Positions 40,754 to 54,070 of a DNA stretch of 64,000 nucleotides are shown here, piece after piece; within the stretch, counting starts at the first letter, position 1, and every line of letters starts with the position of its first letter. The position numbers and the translations under genes were made by a program. Source of the stretch: Haliotis cracherodii. Its lineage: Eukaryota. The notes beneath the pieces were generated by a model. It was given only the letters and a program-made list of their open reading frames with translations. It was not told the origin of the DNA and did not search any database. The stretch lies in NCBI RefSeq assembly GCF_022045235.1, contig NW_027266275.1, positions 72,354,001 to 72,418,000 on the forward strand. The letters are read 5' to 3'.

Positions 40754-42553
40754 TTGGTCAGTCTGGGGATGATTTCATTGGCCAATCGACTGACATGTGA
40801 CTGCATTTACATACATCTGATGTACATGGCGTTACTGTGAACGAGGAAGATGAATCGAACACTGCGACATCTGTCAACACTGGTCGGATGCCTTGTATTA
40901 TGTATTTGAACACAGACGATCAGACGTGTACCTCTGGAGTAAACTGACAATGTATTCACAAGACTTTGACAAGTGGCTCATGGCACAGACTTGTTTTTTT
41001 GTTACTTTTGCATTGAATGTGCTGGTAGTCAAAGTCAAGTGACCATGGTCAAGGTCATATCTGAAATGCAGAGTGTGTAGTTCCGTTTCCATGGTTACAG
41101 TAGTAATTGGCCAGGTGGCTTTTTAATTCCTATTGATTTGGTCAATATATGACTGAAGATCATAAAAATCTTAAGTTGATAAATTTTGCTACTGTTGGCA
41201 ACCATCTAACACTTCTAAAGGCATGTTAGCATTTCATTATTCAAGTATTCATGGATATGTTTAGTTTTTATCATTGTCCACTCAGTGTTTGATCACATTG
41301 TACAGCATGGACAGTAGGAACGTGGACACAATTCCCCCAGTGGTGCATTGACCTTGGAGCAGAAGGCACCTTCATTGGTTGCAAGGCATTTAGAGAAACA
41401 TGGTTTGGCATTGTATATACAGATATTTCATCTTGTTATTTGTGTGAATGTGTGATAGATTAGAGTTGCAGTGAGTAATTCCTAGTGCCATGAAGAGTCT
41501 GGCTGATACCAGGGATAGTACTACCGCTGTACAAGATAGTATGCTAGGGCTGTCATCGACGTAGTCACTCTACTAGAGTATCTCCAGGTTCACAAATTGG
41601 TACACATAGAATTATTACACCAAGAGAATTGTTTAACTTTGGTCAACTGTCATTACAGAACACTACTCGGAAATATATTCCACAATTGATATTTACTTGT
41701 TATACCGGGTGGGGTCTGAATGTGCTGGAAGATGTCATCAGAGTAGTATTCAGTATTGCTTTGGCCCCAATTCTTTCCTGTTTTCACAAGTCCTTATCTA
41801 ATACATAGTTGCAATCCACCAGGAAATGTCACTAGTTCTTTCTGAATGTTACTTCTCGAGGACTGGATGTCTTTTCTAACCCAATTTTCAATTCGAATCG
41901 GAAAGTTGTTAAATAGTTCTCCAAATTCTACTATAGTAAGAAATGTCTTGTATACGTTCAACAAAGTTGTACTTTAAATGTTGAACCAAGTGTTCACAAG
42001 CTTAACATATTGTGTATGGTATTGTCAGTGGATGAATCGATCAAGTGTTATCAGTACATGTGTAGATATTGCCAGTCAGGGACAGCCCTAGTCTTGGTGT
42101 CTGTAGGTTGAGGAAGCGATGATGTATGAATGATGCACCTTGACCTTGAAATAAACATGTACCCCTTGAATCTGTCTTGTAATGAATCAGTCATCTGTGA
42201 TCCTTGGCGACTCTGTAATTTGTGCATGCTGCCATGATGGGATCTGCTGATCATGGGTTTAAAATCCCATTTTTGGACCTGATTATGCACCTTGATCCTG
42301 TCCCCAAAGTGTTAAACATCTACAATCTGAATCCCTTCCACTTCAACATGAAACGCTCACCACTTAAGTCATGAAGTGGTGTATTCGAGTGACCTTTTTC
42401 CATGCATTTTACTGGAAGGACCATTCCTAAATGTTTCGTGATAGGCCAACATATGCGCTTACAATCTAATGACCTTAACATTCAATAACTTTCTCCCTTT
42501 ATACAATGTGTGTTGGAGGAGAGGAATAAAAAAACAACTGCTTAGCAGTATCC

Positions 42554-42926
42554 CAATCTCATTAAAATCAGACCTTAGTTCTCTCTACCGGAATATGATT
42601 TCTAATCATGCAACCTCGAAATCTTTATTTCGAATGATAGTTACGGGTTTAACGACTGAATACATACAATCTGGCCCATCTATTAGCCATTCCAGAATGT
42701 TCTTTTGTTCAGGTTTCAAATTTGTAATCGAGAATTTGTCAAAGTATGTTTCGTAGTCGCCAATTTGAAATTAGTGCCGTAAAGCACAAGAAAGCTGCCT
42801 TCTGATTGAACTTTCCATTGGTCGGTCAAAGTTCGCGCAAGGTCGGTCTGACGTGACCCATAATGGGATGTCCTCAAATCTTTGTTTAGCGGTAGCGAGG
42901 GCTAAGGTCTGATTCTAATGAGATTG
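42554..42926. mobile_element. Second, internally deleted copy of the same MITE
   Basis: Same termini CAATCTCATTAAAATCAGA / TCTGATTCTAATGAGATTG and shared interior. Degenerate TSD AGCAGTATCC / AGCGGTATTC. Confidence 0.8.
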
Positions 42927-43532
42927 AGCGGTATTCTCAGACCTATTCCTTTTTGTGGCATTAAGTCTTTTCTAAAGAACACAGCCAAGGTCCATGTATC
43001 AGATAAAGAGATCACCAGTTTTCAATTAAGACCCAGCTGTCTGTAAATGTTGGCAGAGTGGCTCGTCACGGTATGGCTGAAATACTGCCGATGTGACGTT
43101 ATATATTAACTCACTCACTCCAGCAGTGTGTTGTGTAAAGTACTTCCTAGGATGACTGTAGACCCCAATGCCAATGCCAATGCCAAGCCTGAAACACTTA
43201 TTGTATTCAAGCAGTGATGATAGACTGAAGACAGGTGGCAAGTATTAGTCCTCGAGGAAACTGGAGCACAGGGCCTGCTTGTTCCTAGATAGTATTTGAA
43301 ACACTTAACACAAAATATGAATAATTTTTATTTTATTCATAACAATAATTGTAATACTCAACACATTCAAGTAGTGTAAGCACATGTATCCCACAGTATC
43401 ATCATACTTAAAATGGGATACTTAGCATCCATGTCCGCCAGAGTGCCACAGCTGATAATTCCATCTGTGGCAGATACAAGTTGCTGTAGTGACTCCGAGA
43501 CATCACTACAGTGCACATTTCCCAACAACTTT

Positions 43533-43665
43533 ATACACAACACCAGCCAGGCTCCACTGTAAGGCACCAAGCGGGGCTCTGAGGTTCTACACAACACCAG
43601 CCAGGCTCCACTGTAAGGCACCAAGCGGGGCTCTGAGGTTCTACACAACACCAGCCAGGCTCCCA
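43533..43665. repeat. About 55-bp direct repeat (2+ copies) downstream of the SHMT stop
   Basis: ACACAACACCAGCCAGGCTCCACTGTAAGGCACCAAGCGGGGCTCTGAGGTTCT is repeated. Confidence 0.9.
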
Positions 43666-44880
43666 GTAGTTTTCAAGATCTTTATCAAATTAATTTCGTA
43701 TGGATCACTCCCACCCCCACCCCAAACACCCTGTGAGCAATATCTGGCATATACGTTTGTTGCTATCTTTTCTGTTAACCATATTGACTGAATTTCTGTA
43801 AAGTACACTTTTCTTGATATTCATGTGCTCACAATCTATCATTCTTTGCTGTCAAAACACTTTTCAAATATGTATGAACCCAGAGTTAAACTTAATGGAT
43901 TTCTAGAATGTTGTAAATGTTTAGTTCAATACTTTGCTTTAGTATAGTATGAAACTAATATTTACACACCTGGATGGGGCAGGGAGTATGTTTCTCTCCT
44001 CCCACCAATATTTATGTAATCTGCTGTTAATGATGATGATGATGTGAAAAACCCATTAAAAATGAACTGAATATGAAAAAAATACACGTCATAAAAAAAG
44101 TTTCATCTTATAGGAGAGTCCTATAACCACCATAAACCAGTGAATCTATGAATACAAAAGGATGAATCAACAACAACATTCTCTCTCGACTGGCAGAAAA
44201 CCATTCACACAGCACTGCACTAAACAATCAGAGCATGTTTCAATAGGAGATACAGCCTTAGCCAATACTGCCAATTTCTAATTGTAGAAATGTTTCAAAT
44301 TCTTTGACAGTCTTAGTAACTCCAAATACCAAACTTTAGACCACACCTAAATTTGCTTTTTTTATTCCTCCGATAAGATAATAGCCAATTGCACCCAAAA
44401 TATATTTCTAAGCAAGGACCTACTGAAGTTGACATTAAACACGGGAGTGAAAACACTTTTTTTGTTTTTCCTGAAATTGATAGGATGCAGACGCACAACA
44501 GCATTCCCACTTGAATCATCAGGTTGGCATTGCCTAAAGCAACAGCTGTGTTGCAGGTTCTCCCACATATAACCATTTTTATTTTTTCTATACCTGTCAA
44601 CCTTAATAGTGAAGAAGAAAACTATGAAAAAAATTGAAGTGCCTGCCAAGACAGGTATATATTCCTGTAAAAAAATCAGTGAAGCAATTAAAACAAAAAG
44701 TGTGTCGTTATGGTAGTACATGAAAGCATCAGTTGACGGCAGATGACGATGTCCATACACTGATTTAAAGTGCAAGAAGAGAGAGACCAATGAAGAGCAT
44801 GGCATGCTGATTGAGATATCCATGGTCAGGGCAGGTCGTCATCAATGATTTGTATCCCGTTTTGGGCCATGTATTCCCAT

Positions 44881-47800
44881 CTACCAGTCCTCAAAGCCGG
44901 GCAGAGAGAACTTGACTGCAAACTCCTCCACACTGCCCTTCAGGGCCTTGACTTTGCTGGTCACTTCTGGGTCGGTAGCCAGCTTTGTCTTGAACTCGCG
45001 TAACGTTGGTCCGCTCGAGCTCACGACTTCCTGAGTGAGGAGGATGGCTGAAAGAAGAGGTCTGGTGTAAGTAGGGTAACAATAGGGGGAATCAGTGTCG
45101 GGACACGGCATAGTCTCAATAGGGGGAATCAGTGTCGGGACACGGCATAGTCTCAATAGGGGGAACCAGTGTCGGACACAGCATAGTCTCAATAGGGAGA
45201 ATCAGTGTCGGACACACAGCATATTCTCAAAAGTGAGTGAGTGAGTGAGTTGGGATTAACGCCGCTTTTAACAGTATTACAGTTATATTGCGGCGTGTCA
45301 GCTTAACGTGGGAGGAAAGCCCGAAGTGATGCAGGTCTCAGACGTTTACCACTTCGGTGAAACCCATGAGCACGGGTATGGTGCTGACAAACCTAGAAAC
45401 ATAATCGGGGCGAACATATTCTCAATAAAGGGGATCGGTGTCGGACACAGCATATTCTCAATAAGGGGAACCAGTGTCAGACACAGCATATTCTCAATAA
45501 GGGGAATCAGTGTTGGACACACAGCATATTCTCAACAAGGGGAATCAATGTCAGACACAGCATATTCTCAATAAGGGGAATCAGTGTCGGGTACACAGCA
45601 TATTCTCAATAAGGGGAATCAGTGTCGGGTCATTAAGTGGCACACATTGGAAACATCTCTTCTTAACGTATATACTTCTCTTTCGTTTGCGTATCTTTTG
45701 GCAGTATATATTTGACGTAAAAAGCGCCCAGGGCGCTATAAAAATTAGAAATGGGGGCTCTTATTAGAGTTGAAAGATAAATTTTGTGGTTTATGCTGAC
45801 AGTCTGAAATGTTTATGTACAAGTTGTAGTCCGGAAACCGTCATATGCGCCGGACATGTCCGATTGGGAATCTCAAATGTCCGTTTTAAAATATTGCTTA
45901 CCGGACATTTTAAAAAGTATTGTCCGGACATTCTTAAATTTTGACCGGACATGATCAACAGTTAGGACTGAGCAGTTTCTGTCTGCAGTTGCAACACAAT
46001 GAAGATTAACTACACTGACAAGCTTTGTTTGTTTTGATTGCTGTAAATACATCGTACCTACATGATAGTCCAGTCGGTCAATCACTGTAATAGGCAATAA
46101 ACTGAGTTGACACTGATTAATCGAGGATTAATTACTGAGAACATCTTGTTAATTTGAGTGAAAGGTGTTTACAACTGTACATTAATACCTTGCATCATCG
46201 ATGTACCTCATTATCCTCACAATGCTACGATACGAAACCTCAGACAAGAAGCGAAAGCGTGACGACAGCCAGTCGACCGATGCAGATCAGTCGAGCGGAT
46301 CTGCCAAACCCTCAAAGTCTGGACGATCATTTTGTAAGTCGTGGCTAACGACTTTCACTTGGTTGACATAAAATGAGGATTTGCAGATTTTATTGTTTTC
46401 AGTAGCTAGTCGTATATTGAATCTTGATTGACCGCCATTTTGCTTTCTCGGACGATCGATATCCAATTGTTTTATGGTCAATAATTAAGTACAGATGAAA
46501 AAGTATTCAAATAACTATTGCTATCAACGATATTTTAGTATTTGTGATTAAATTATCTGTCTTGTTCTTAAAAAAATCTTTAGTTTAAAAAAAACTTTTC
46601 CCGGGAGGTCACTTGATAACCAAATATGGGATAATAGTCTCGATCCAAATGTTACAACGCGTACACTTCAGCAGACTCATGAATATAACTCATGAATATT
46701 AATTAGACCGTTCACTACGTTAACAGATCGTTATTATAACAGAAACAAACGTATGTTTTCCATGTAAATCTAAAATGATATTATTTGTTATTAATTGTCC
46801 GGTGAATTAAACAATTTAAATTTAAACAATTCATAATTCATCATATTATGAATACGTAAACTTGTAATGTGTGTGAAAAGTCATACTAAAATACGCTATT
46901 TGAAGGGGGCGTGGCCTAAATGCAAATGTCCGATTGGGATTTTAAATTTTCCGGACCATTGTGTACAACAGATATATTTTTCAAGAATTTAATTGCCCAT
47001 AATTAAGGGTGCATATCACACACGAGTGCGTATTATACGCAAATAAATAAGTCTTGTGTACATTGATCAATTGGAAGAGGTACTAATTGGGATTGTTCAC
47101 TAGCCAATAAATGAGCAAATTCTGCCGTGGGCGCTATTAGAGTGGGGCACTTATTACATTGAATACGGTATATATATATATATATGGACCATTGAGGATA
47201 CTGTGCTCCCACCTTGATGAATGAATTCAACAACTCGGTCAAAGTCTCCCTCTTTCATTCCACGTGAGGTGAGTGCTGGGGTGCCGATGCGCAGTCCGCT
47301 CGGCTTCAGGGCACTCTTGTCACCAGGGCAGGTGTTTTTGTTCACGGCAATACCGATGTCCTCCAGCACCTTCTCTGCACGCGCTCCATCTAACTTGTTA
47401 GGTCGGAGATCAACCAACACTAAATGTGTGTCGGTCCCACCTGAAAGCATGGCATCTTAGTGTTAGCTCAGATCAGGTTATAGAGCATCTCAGAAATGAT
47501 TCAATTTCATGTCACAAGATTTCTATTTGAATTATAAAAGATTTGAAAAAATGAGAAACTAACAAGGTAGTGCCAGATATTAGCCATATATCACCTCATT
47601 AGTGTTTGTTGTTTTTTATTTAACAACGCACTCATCAATACTGAAGCTATATGAAGGCGGGTAGGAAATAGGACTGGACTAGATTATCCAGTGATTGATA
47701 TGAGCAACAGTCCATGCCATCAGGTTGTGATGTCACACAAGCCTTGCCACAAGTGCCCTAAGTAATCTCTAATCATAAGCATAGATTGCAAGGGACCAAT

Positions 47801-50800
47801 TTTAACATGGAATCCCCAAGGGCAACAAAGAATTTCTGTGCAGATTTTCTTCAGTTCTTCCATGCTGTTATTTGTGACACACACACTTCAGTGAAACTTC
47901 AGTGGGCACACGCACCTGATACGATGGCGACACAAACACACTTCAGTGAAACTTCAGTGGGCACACGCATCTGATACGATGGCGACACAAACACACTTCA
48001 GTGAAACTTCAGTGGGCACACGCACCTGATACGATGGCGACACACACACACGACAGTGAAACTACAATGGGCACACGTACCCGACACGATGGTGTATCCC
48101 TTGTTCTGGAGTCCGGTGCACAATGCCTTGGCGTTGACCATCACCTGCTTCTGGTATGCCTTAAACTCCGGCGTCGCGGCCTGCTTCAAGGCTACAGCTA
48201 CAGCTGTTAGGGAGGAGGACATGTATGATAACAATGTGCACAAGTAGAGGCTGTCAGAATATTCTTAAATAGCATAATACCATAACCCCGCGAGAGTTAA
48301 TTTTCTAATTTCTTTTGTCCCTACAATATTCAGAATGTAACAAGCCTACAGACAATTCATCCCACTGTAAGCAGCCTACAAATAATCCACCCAACTGTAC
48401 CCAGCCTACAAATAATCCACCCATCTATAACCACAATCTACAAATAATCCACTCCACTGTACCCAGCCTACAAATAATCCACCCCACTGTAACCAGCCTA
48501 CAAATAATCCACCCCACTGTACCCAGCCTACAAATAATCCACCTCACTGTACCCAGCCTACAAATAATCCACCCATCTATAACCACAATCTACTAATAAT
48601 CCACTCCACTGTACCCAGCCTACAAATAATCCACCCCACTGTGCCCAGCCTACAAATAATCCACCCCACTGTAACCAGCCTACAAATAATCCACCCCACT
48701 GTACCAAGCCTACAAATAATCCACCCAACTATAACCACAATCTACAAATAATCACCCCACTGTACCCAGCCTACAAATAATCCACTCCACTGTAACCAGC
48801 CTACAAATAATCCACCCTACTGTAACCAGCCTACAAATAATCCACCCCACTATACCAAGCCTACAAATAATCCACCCCACTGTAACCAGCCTAAAAATAA
48901 TCCTTTCGACTAACCAGACTAGTGTTTACGTGCTGCCTGATATCTGTAAGCCAGGCAGACTTGTGTTTACGTGCTGTCTGATATCTGTAAGCCAGGCAGG
49001 CTAGTGTTTATGAGCTGTCTGATATATGTAAGCCAGGCAGACTAGTGTTTACGAGCTGTCTGATTCTGTAAGCCAGGCATGCTAGTGTTTACGAGCTGTC
49101 TGATAGCTTTAAGCCAGGCAGGCTAGTGTTTACGAGCTGCCTGATATCTGTAAGCCAGGCAGACTTGTGTTTACGTGCTGTCTGATTCTGCAAACCAGGC
49201 AGACTAGTGTTTACGTGCTGTCTGATTCTGCAAGCCAGGCAGACTAGTGTTTACGTGCTGTCTGATTCTGTAAGGCAGGCAGACTAGTGTTTACGTGCTG
49301 TCTGATTCTGTAAGGCAGGCAGACAAGAGTGTACCTGCTATCTGGTGGTTGTGAGGTCCCCCCTGCAAGCCAGGGAACACAGCCTCGTTGATCTTCTTCT
49401 CCAGCTCATACATCACATTCTCCCCGCTTTTCAGCACCTTCCGCACACCTGCAAAACAACCAACCTCAGTCAGGGATACGTCTGACAATAAACACTTGAG
49501 CATCTTACACGCATCATCACTTTTCCAGCGGATCACAACTGCAAGACTGTATTTTAACGAGAACAAGGGCGCATAATCAGAATTTGTCATCAGCAACCCA
49601 TGCTTATCATAAACGACTAACGTTATCATTTTCCCAAACCTGCTAACTGCTATATTGAAGCCAAGATGAAAGTATCAAATATTATTCTTATCTTTACTGA
49701 CTCTACCTTTTCTATAGAAGATCATCCCTGAGCGAGGACCACGCAGGGTCTTGTGTGTCGTGGTGGTGACGATGTCACAGTAGTCGAAGGGACTGGGAAC
49801 CTCGCCGGCAGCCACCAATCCGCTCACATGGGCCATGTCCGCCAGTAGCAGTGCACCCACCTCGTCAGCGATCTCGCGGAAACGCTTGTAGTCCAAGTTC
49901 CTCGAGTAGCAACTCACACCTACAATAACAGGCCTTAGTATTTTATCCACTAGATCAAATGAATATTGCACTTATTTCTGTAACTCCAAATCAAACATGC
50001 TAAAAGAGATCTCAACAGACTAGGCTTCACAGCTATCAAGAAATTGCAAGCTTCATTAGTCATAGAATGAACACCGAAATGCTCTAGTCTTGCTAAATTA
50101 TGCAACTTATTTTTAATAACATTTAGTAATTATAAGTCAAATAAGGAGTCTTCATAGTAGGGCTGGGACGGGTAGCTCGGGTACTCGGGTCGGGTGCCTA
50201 CGGAGTAGGACCCAGGTACCCACAGGACTACCTGGACCCGTGGTTAGTCACTTTATAGCTGCATGGCATAATGTCCTCACCAGCAACAATCATTTTCGGC
50301 AGGAACATGAGAGCATTTTCCCGCAGTTTGTCATAGTCGATCAGACCCGTAGCAGGGTCAACTTTGTAGGGGAAGGACTCAAAAAACAGTGAAGTGGCCG
50401 ACACTCGTTTGTTCTGGGTCATGAAGCCATGGCTAAGATGGCCGCCGTCCGGCAGGTAGAGGCCCATTATCCTCCCATGGGGCTCGACAAGGGCTGTGTA
50501 CACTGCAAAGTTGGCGGGGGATCCCGAGAGCGGCTGGACGTTCACTCCCCACCGGTCAGCGTCGAGACTGAATGCCTCCCTTGCCCTCTTCTGGCACAGC
50601 AGCTCCACCTTATCGATGATCTCGTTGCCACCGTAGTATCTGTGTAAGAAAAGAGTGTGATATGGAACGCAAACTCTTATTCCCAATAGCAGATGAATTG
50701 TTTTAACAGACAACTTTTCCAGAACATTTTTTGAGTGCATCGAAATGTGATATAACTGAGAACAAATTCATCATTATGTTTTCTCAGACACCTCATTACT

Positions 50801-51489
50801 CTAGAGTTATATTTACAGGACCAGTGATCACCCGTGTTAGAATAGGTCTTCAGCAACCCATGCTTGCCATAACAGGCGACTATGCCTGTCGTAAGCAGCT
50901 CAGGCTTGCTGATTTGGTTGATGCATGTCATCGTATCCCAAATTAGTGGATCAATGCTAATGATAACAATCATTGGATTTTCTGGTCTAGATTTGATTAT
51001 TTACAGACTGCCATCATATAGCTGGAATACTTTCAGACATTTTGCATACAATGAACAACTAAAGTTTGAACAGTTAAAATATATTTTGACTAGTTTCAAA
51101 GCTTTAAAGTTAAGTTACACTGCAGTCAGCAACACTGCAGCTACACCATCTAGACTGACAACAATCTGCAAATCTCAGAGCTTCCATATCTCCAAGTTAA
51201 CCAGCTCTGACCAGTAGGTGGTACCAGGACCTGGAATCTACCTTTGTCCGCGCTGACCCTCGGAATAACTTGTTGGTGAGACAGGTGTCTACATGGACAA
51301 TTACCTTTGTCCGGGCTGACCCTCGGAGTACTTGTTGGTGAGACAGGAACCCAAGGCTTGCAGTACAGAGCGACTGGCAAAGTTCTCCGATGCTATCATC
51401 TCAAGTCCCTTGCGTTGACGGTCTTTCTCCTGGCAGATGAGTTCATACATCTCAGGATCATCCGTCTTAATATCCTCTTGCAGATTCAT
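44881..51489 (-). CDS. SHMT1: Serine hydroxymethyltransferase, cytosolic type (no presequence), about 462 aa, 7 coding exons
   Basis: Exons 51305-51489, 50281-50639, 49707-49919, 49335-49448, 48081-48203, 47213-47440, 44881-45047 (1389 nt). Peptides [36 protein letters not shown]-lysine motif [37 protein letters not shown]. An in-frame TGA 9 codons upstream of the ATG supports the lack of a presequence. Confidence 0.95.
45080..45630. repeat. About 36-bp minisatellite interrupted by a family C SINE
   Basis: AATA(A)GGGGAATCAGTGTCGGACACAGCATA(G/T)TCTC units on both sides of 45232-45415. Confidence 0.9.
45715..47170. mobile_element. CpG-rich DNA-transposon remnant(s) in the last SHMT intron
   Basis: AAGCGCCCAGGGCGCT at the left end and GGGCGCTATTAGAG..AATACGGTA followed by (TA)n at the right end. 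Internal repeats ATGTCCGATTGGGA at about 45856 and 46927. No coding capacity recognised. Confidence 0.35.
47876..48095. repeat. 55-bp tandem repeat containing the SHMT exon end and donor
   Basis: CTTCAGTGAA recurs at 47886, 47941 and 47996. The unit overlaps the junction at 48080/48081. Confidence 0.9.
48340..48905. repeat. 30-bp minisatellite
   Basis: CCTACAAATAATCCACCCCACTGTA(A/C)CCAG units. Confidence 0.95.
48913..49345. repeat. About 40-bp minisatellite abutting a SHMT donor
   Basis: GCAGACTAGTGTTTACGTGCTGTCTGATTCTGTAAGCCAG units. Confidence 0.92.
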
Positions 51490-53868
51490 AATGGCGGCTG
51501 GCTGGTCACTAAGTCACTGGACAGACGATGCAACACTTGTACACAAGTTATCATTGGGGTGAAAGCATGCATGTCATCACAATCATAGAGAGAATAGTGC
51601 AAAATCAGATTTGGTAATGTTTAAATGTTTTTTTAATGAAGCAAACATTGACAATTATTTTCTTTCCCTGTGCAAACATACCAGTTGTAAAAATTGGAAT
51701 ATCCCTACATGAAGAATCAAAAACTAGATTTATCAGAATTTACTCAAAAATGCAGTTGTCTCTATATACAGGGATGTATACAGAGGCTGATATTCAACCC
51801 CAAATCTACAGCAAAAGGCAGTAAAAATTCCCAATTTAAAAATAAATTTTCCTCAGAATGTACAAAAATAAAAAGATTAAGAATCCAACTTTTTCCTAAG
51901 TTGTCTGCCAACGGAATCCTAGATAAATCACTGATATATCTTTTGCCAAACTTCGATTATAAGAGTGTCAGTCATCTCAGTGAAATTTGTGACTTAATGC
52001 TTAACAAACATTGCAGTCACAAAATAATCTGAAACAATTTGAAATCATAAAAGACAAAATATTTTTCTAGCAGATTAATCAGGGCCTTGCACACTGTAAC
52101 AATAGCATTGTGAAAATGATGTCACTCCAACGCCCACAGAGGACAGACTTAACATATTTCAAATATTCAATTAGCAAGTTTGGAGCAGTGGTTTTGAATT
52201 CATCTAGTGTTGTTATAAACACAAGCAAACAATAACATCTCATGATTTATAACTTGAACACAGGTGCTGGTAACACAAAGCAGCTACAAGGTGTATGGCA
52301 ACTGCCAATGTCAATGTTATCATTTTCTAAGCCACTGGTTGTGACCACATATCTTGTAGTTGCTTTCTGCGGTACAAGCCGAACTGATCTTGAACACTGT
52401 ATCTACATACATGTGCCCTACATAATTCATCATGTTCACGACAATGCAATCTCAGCAGGTCGAGGTGACTAACCTATTTACAGACGGAACATGTAGTAAA
52501 CATGCATATGAAACATGTCCTTAGCTTACCTGAAATAATACACACTGCCTATTTATTTCTCAGACTTAAATCTAAACTGACATGTACATAATTATGTTTT
52601 GACGGGTACACCCCAAACATGTTTAGAATTTGAACCCCAAGTTCCAGGCCATATACGGCCTAAACTTCTGGACTTTTTGTTCACCTTTAAAAGTTAAAAT
52701 AATTACGTTAAGCTGCATTAACATTCAATATCTTTTATTCCAGGCGAGGACTGGACGTTAAGTAATAAACAATTGGTCATAATAATTAATTTGACCAAGT
52801 ATTACATTCACCTGATTTGGCCATTGGATGTACCCATTGGTACGGATATATAAAACTAAATAACTATGTATAGGCCCTACACAATTGAAACACTTAAATA
52901 TAATTTTGAGGATAAATATTCGTCTATCAAGAAAATCTGTGACCATGAACAAATATTTACAAAAATAATTCCATGTTTATATGATTCCCTCGCTCTCAGT
53001 ATAAGCAGAGACAATATAAGAGGGTCCTGATGAGGGGGTCCCATAAGCAGTAAGCAGTAAAATTTAGGGTACTTTTTCATTAAGAAGTAATTTTTCTTCT
53101 TTTTTCCATAAAATCGTTGCAAAAATTCCTAAATAGGCCATGGCGGGACATGGGACTTTTAATTCTGCTTTCATTTCATCCTGACAATTCATATATCTAA
53201 TACCAGGTAAAATCTCAAATCGCTTAACATTCTAGACTGGTCCCCTGCGTCAGTTGCACAGTCTGCTTTCTGTGGTGTAGCATTTGGATCTGTTTTTGAC
53301 CATTTTAATCATTTTCCGATAAGCAGTAAATTATTTATTTACGTTCAGCAGTTATTTTTTGGTATTTTATGTTAAGCATTTACGATAAAAAAATAAAAAA
53401 ATTACGTTTACGATAGTGTTTGAAGGATTTTTTACGTAAAGCATTAAAACCCATCAGGACCCTCATATAATATCTATTGTATGGTCTGTTGTATAAGTGT
53501 CTGCTTGAAGCTGAATTACTGCTTGAAGCTAGTTGTTAAAAATATACCAGGCTTCTTATTCTGATAAACAGCGATAAAACATGTCACATTTCGTTCTTAG
53601 CAAACTGAAATTTGAAAAGTCATTATATCCTTGATTTCTATCACATCTACAACAAAGTATACAAAGAGAGCACATGGCCGTGCAGCGACCATAACGTCAT
53701 AACAAACCACCTCAAATGGCGCCAAATCTAGTCAAGAAATCGTGCGATAAAAACAAGTTTCAGAATTAAACTTATATGACAACAACATGCTTGGGTACTG
53801 TTATGTAACATGAACACTCACAAACACGATGACAGCTTGTCAAACAGAGGAAACAGGTCACCCTTTAC

Positions 53869-54070
53869 CGTGACTCTACACAAGACTCGAGTACGGTTCT
53901 CAGTGAGTGGAGGTCGACGAATGGTCGCGGCTGTTTATATACATACCAGTAACCAATGAACGTTACTGTTGTATTTTCTTTCGGAACCATCTCCAATAAA
54001 ATAAGACGACACAAACGGGCATCTTGCATAAGTTGCAAGGGTAGTAACTCTTCAATTTTGGCGGGAAATG
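53869..54070 (-). promoter_or_regulatory. Putative SHMT non-coding exon 1 and promoter (TATA, CCAAT, E2F)
   Basis: Donor ACG|GTAAAG at 53867-53868, TATATAAA (minus) at 53934-53941, CCAAT at about 53953 and 53993, E2F-like TTTGGCGGGAAA at 54057-54068. A further TTTGGCGC (minus) lies at about 53719-53726. Confidence 0.6.

Noticed and set aside
41545-42090. hAT-like MITE (TAGGGCTGTC...GACAGCCCTA)
   Set aside because: Only a 10-bp inverted match and no 8-bp TSD, which is not enough support.
51490-51600. Mitochondrial presequence (SHMT2-type) upstream of MNLQED
   Set aside because: An in-frame TGA at 51514-51516 sits directly after the best acceptor. A different upstream exon cannot be fully excluded.
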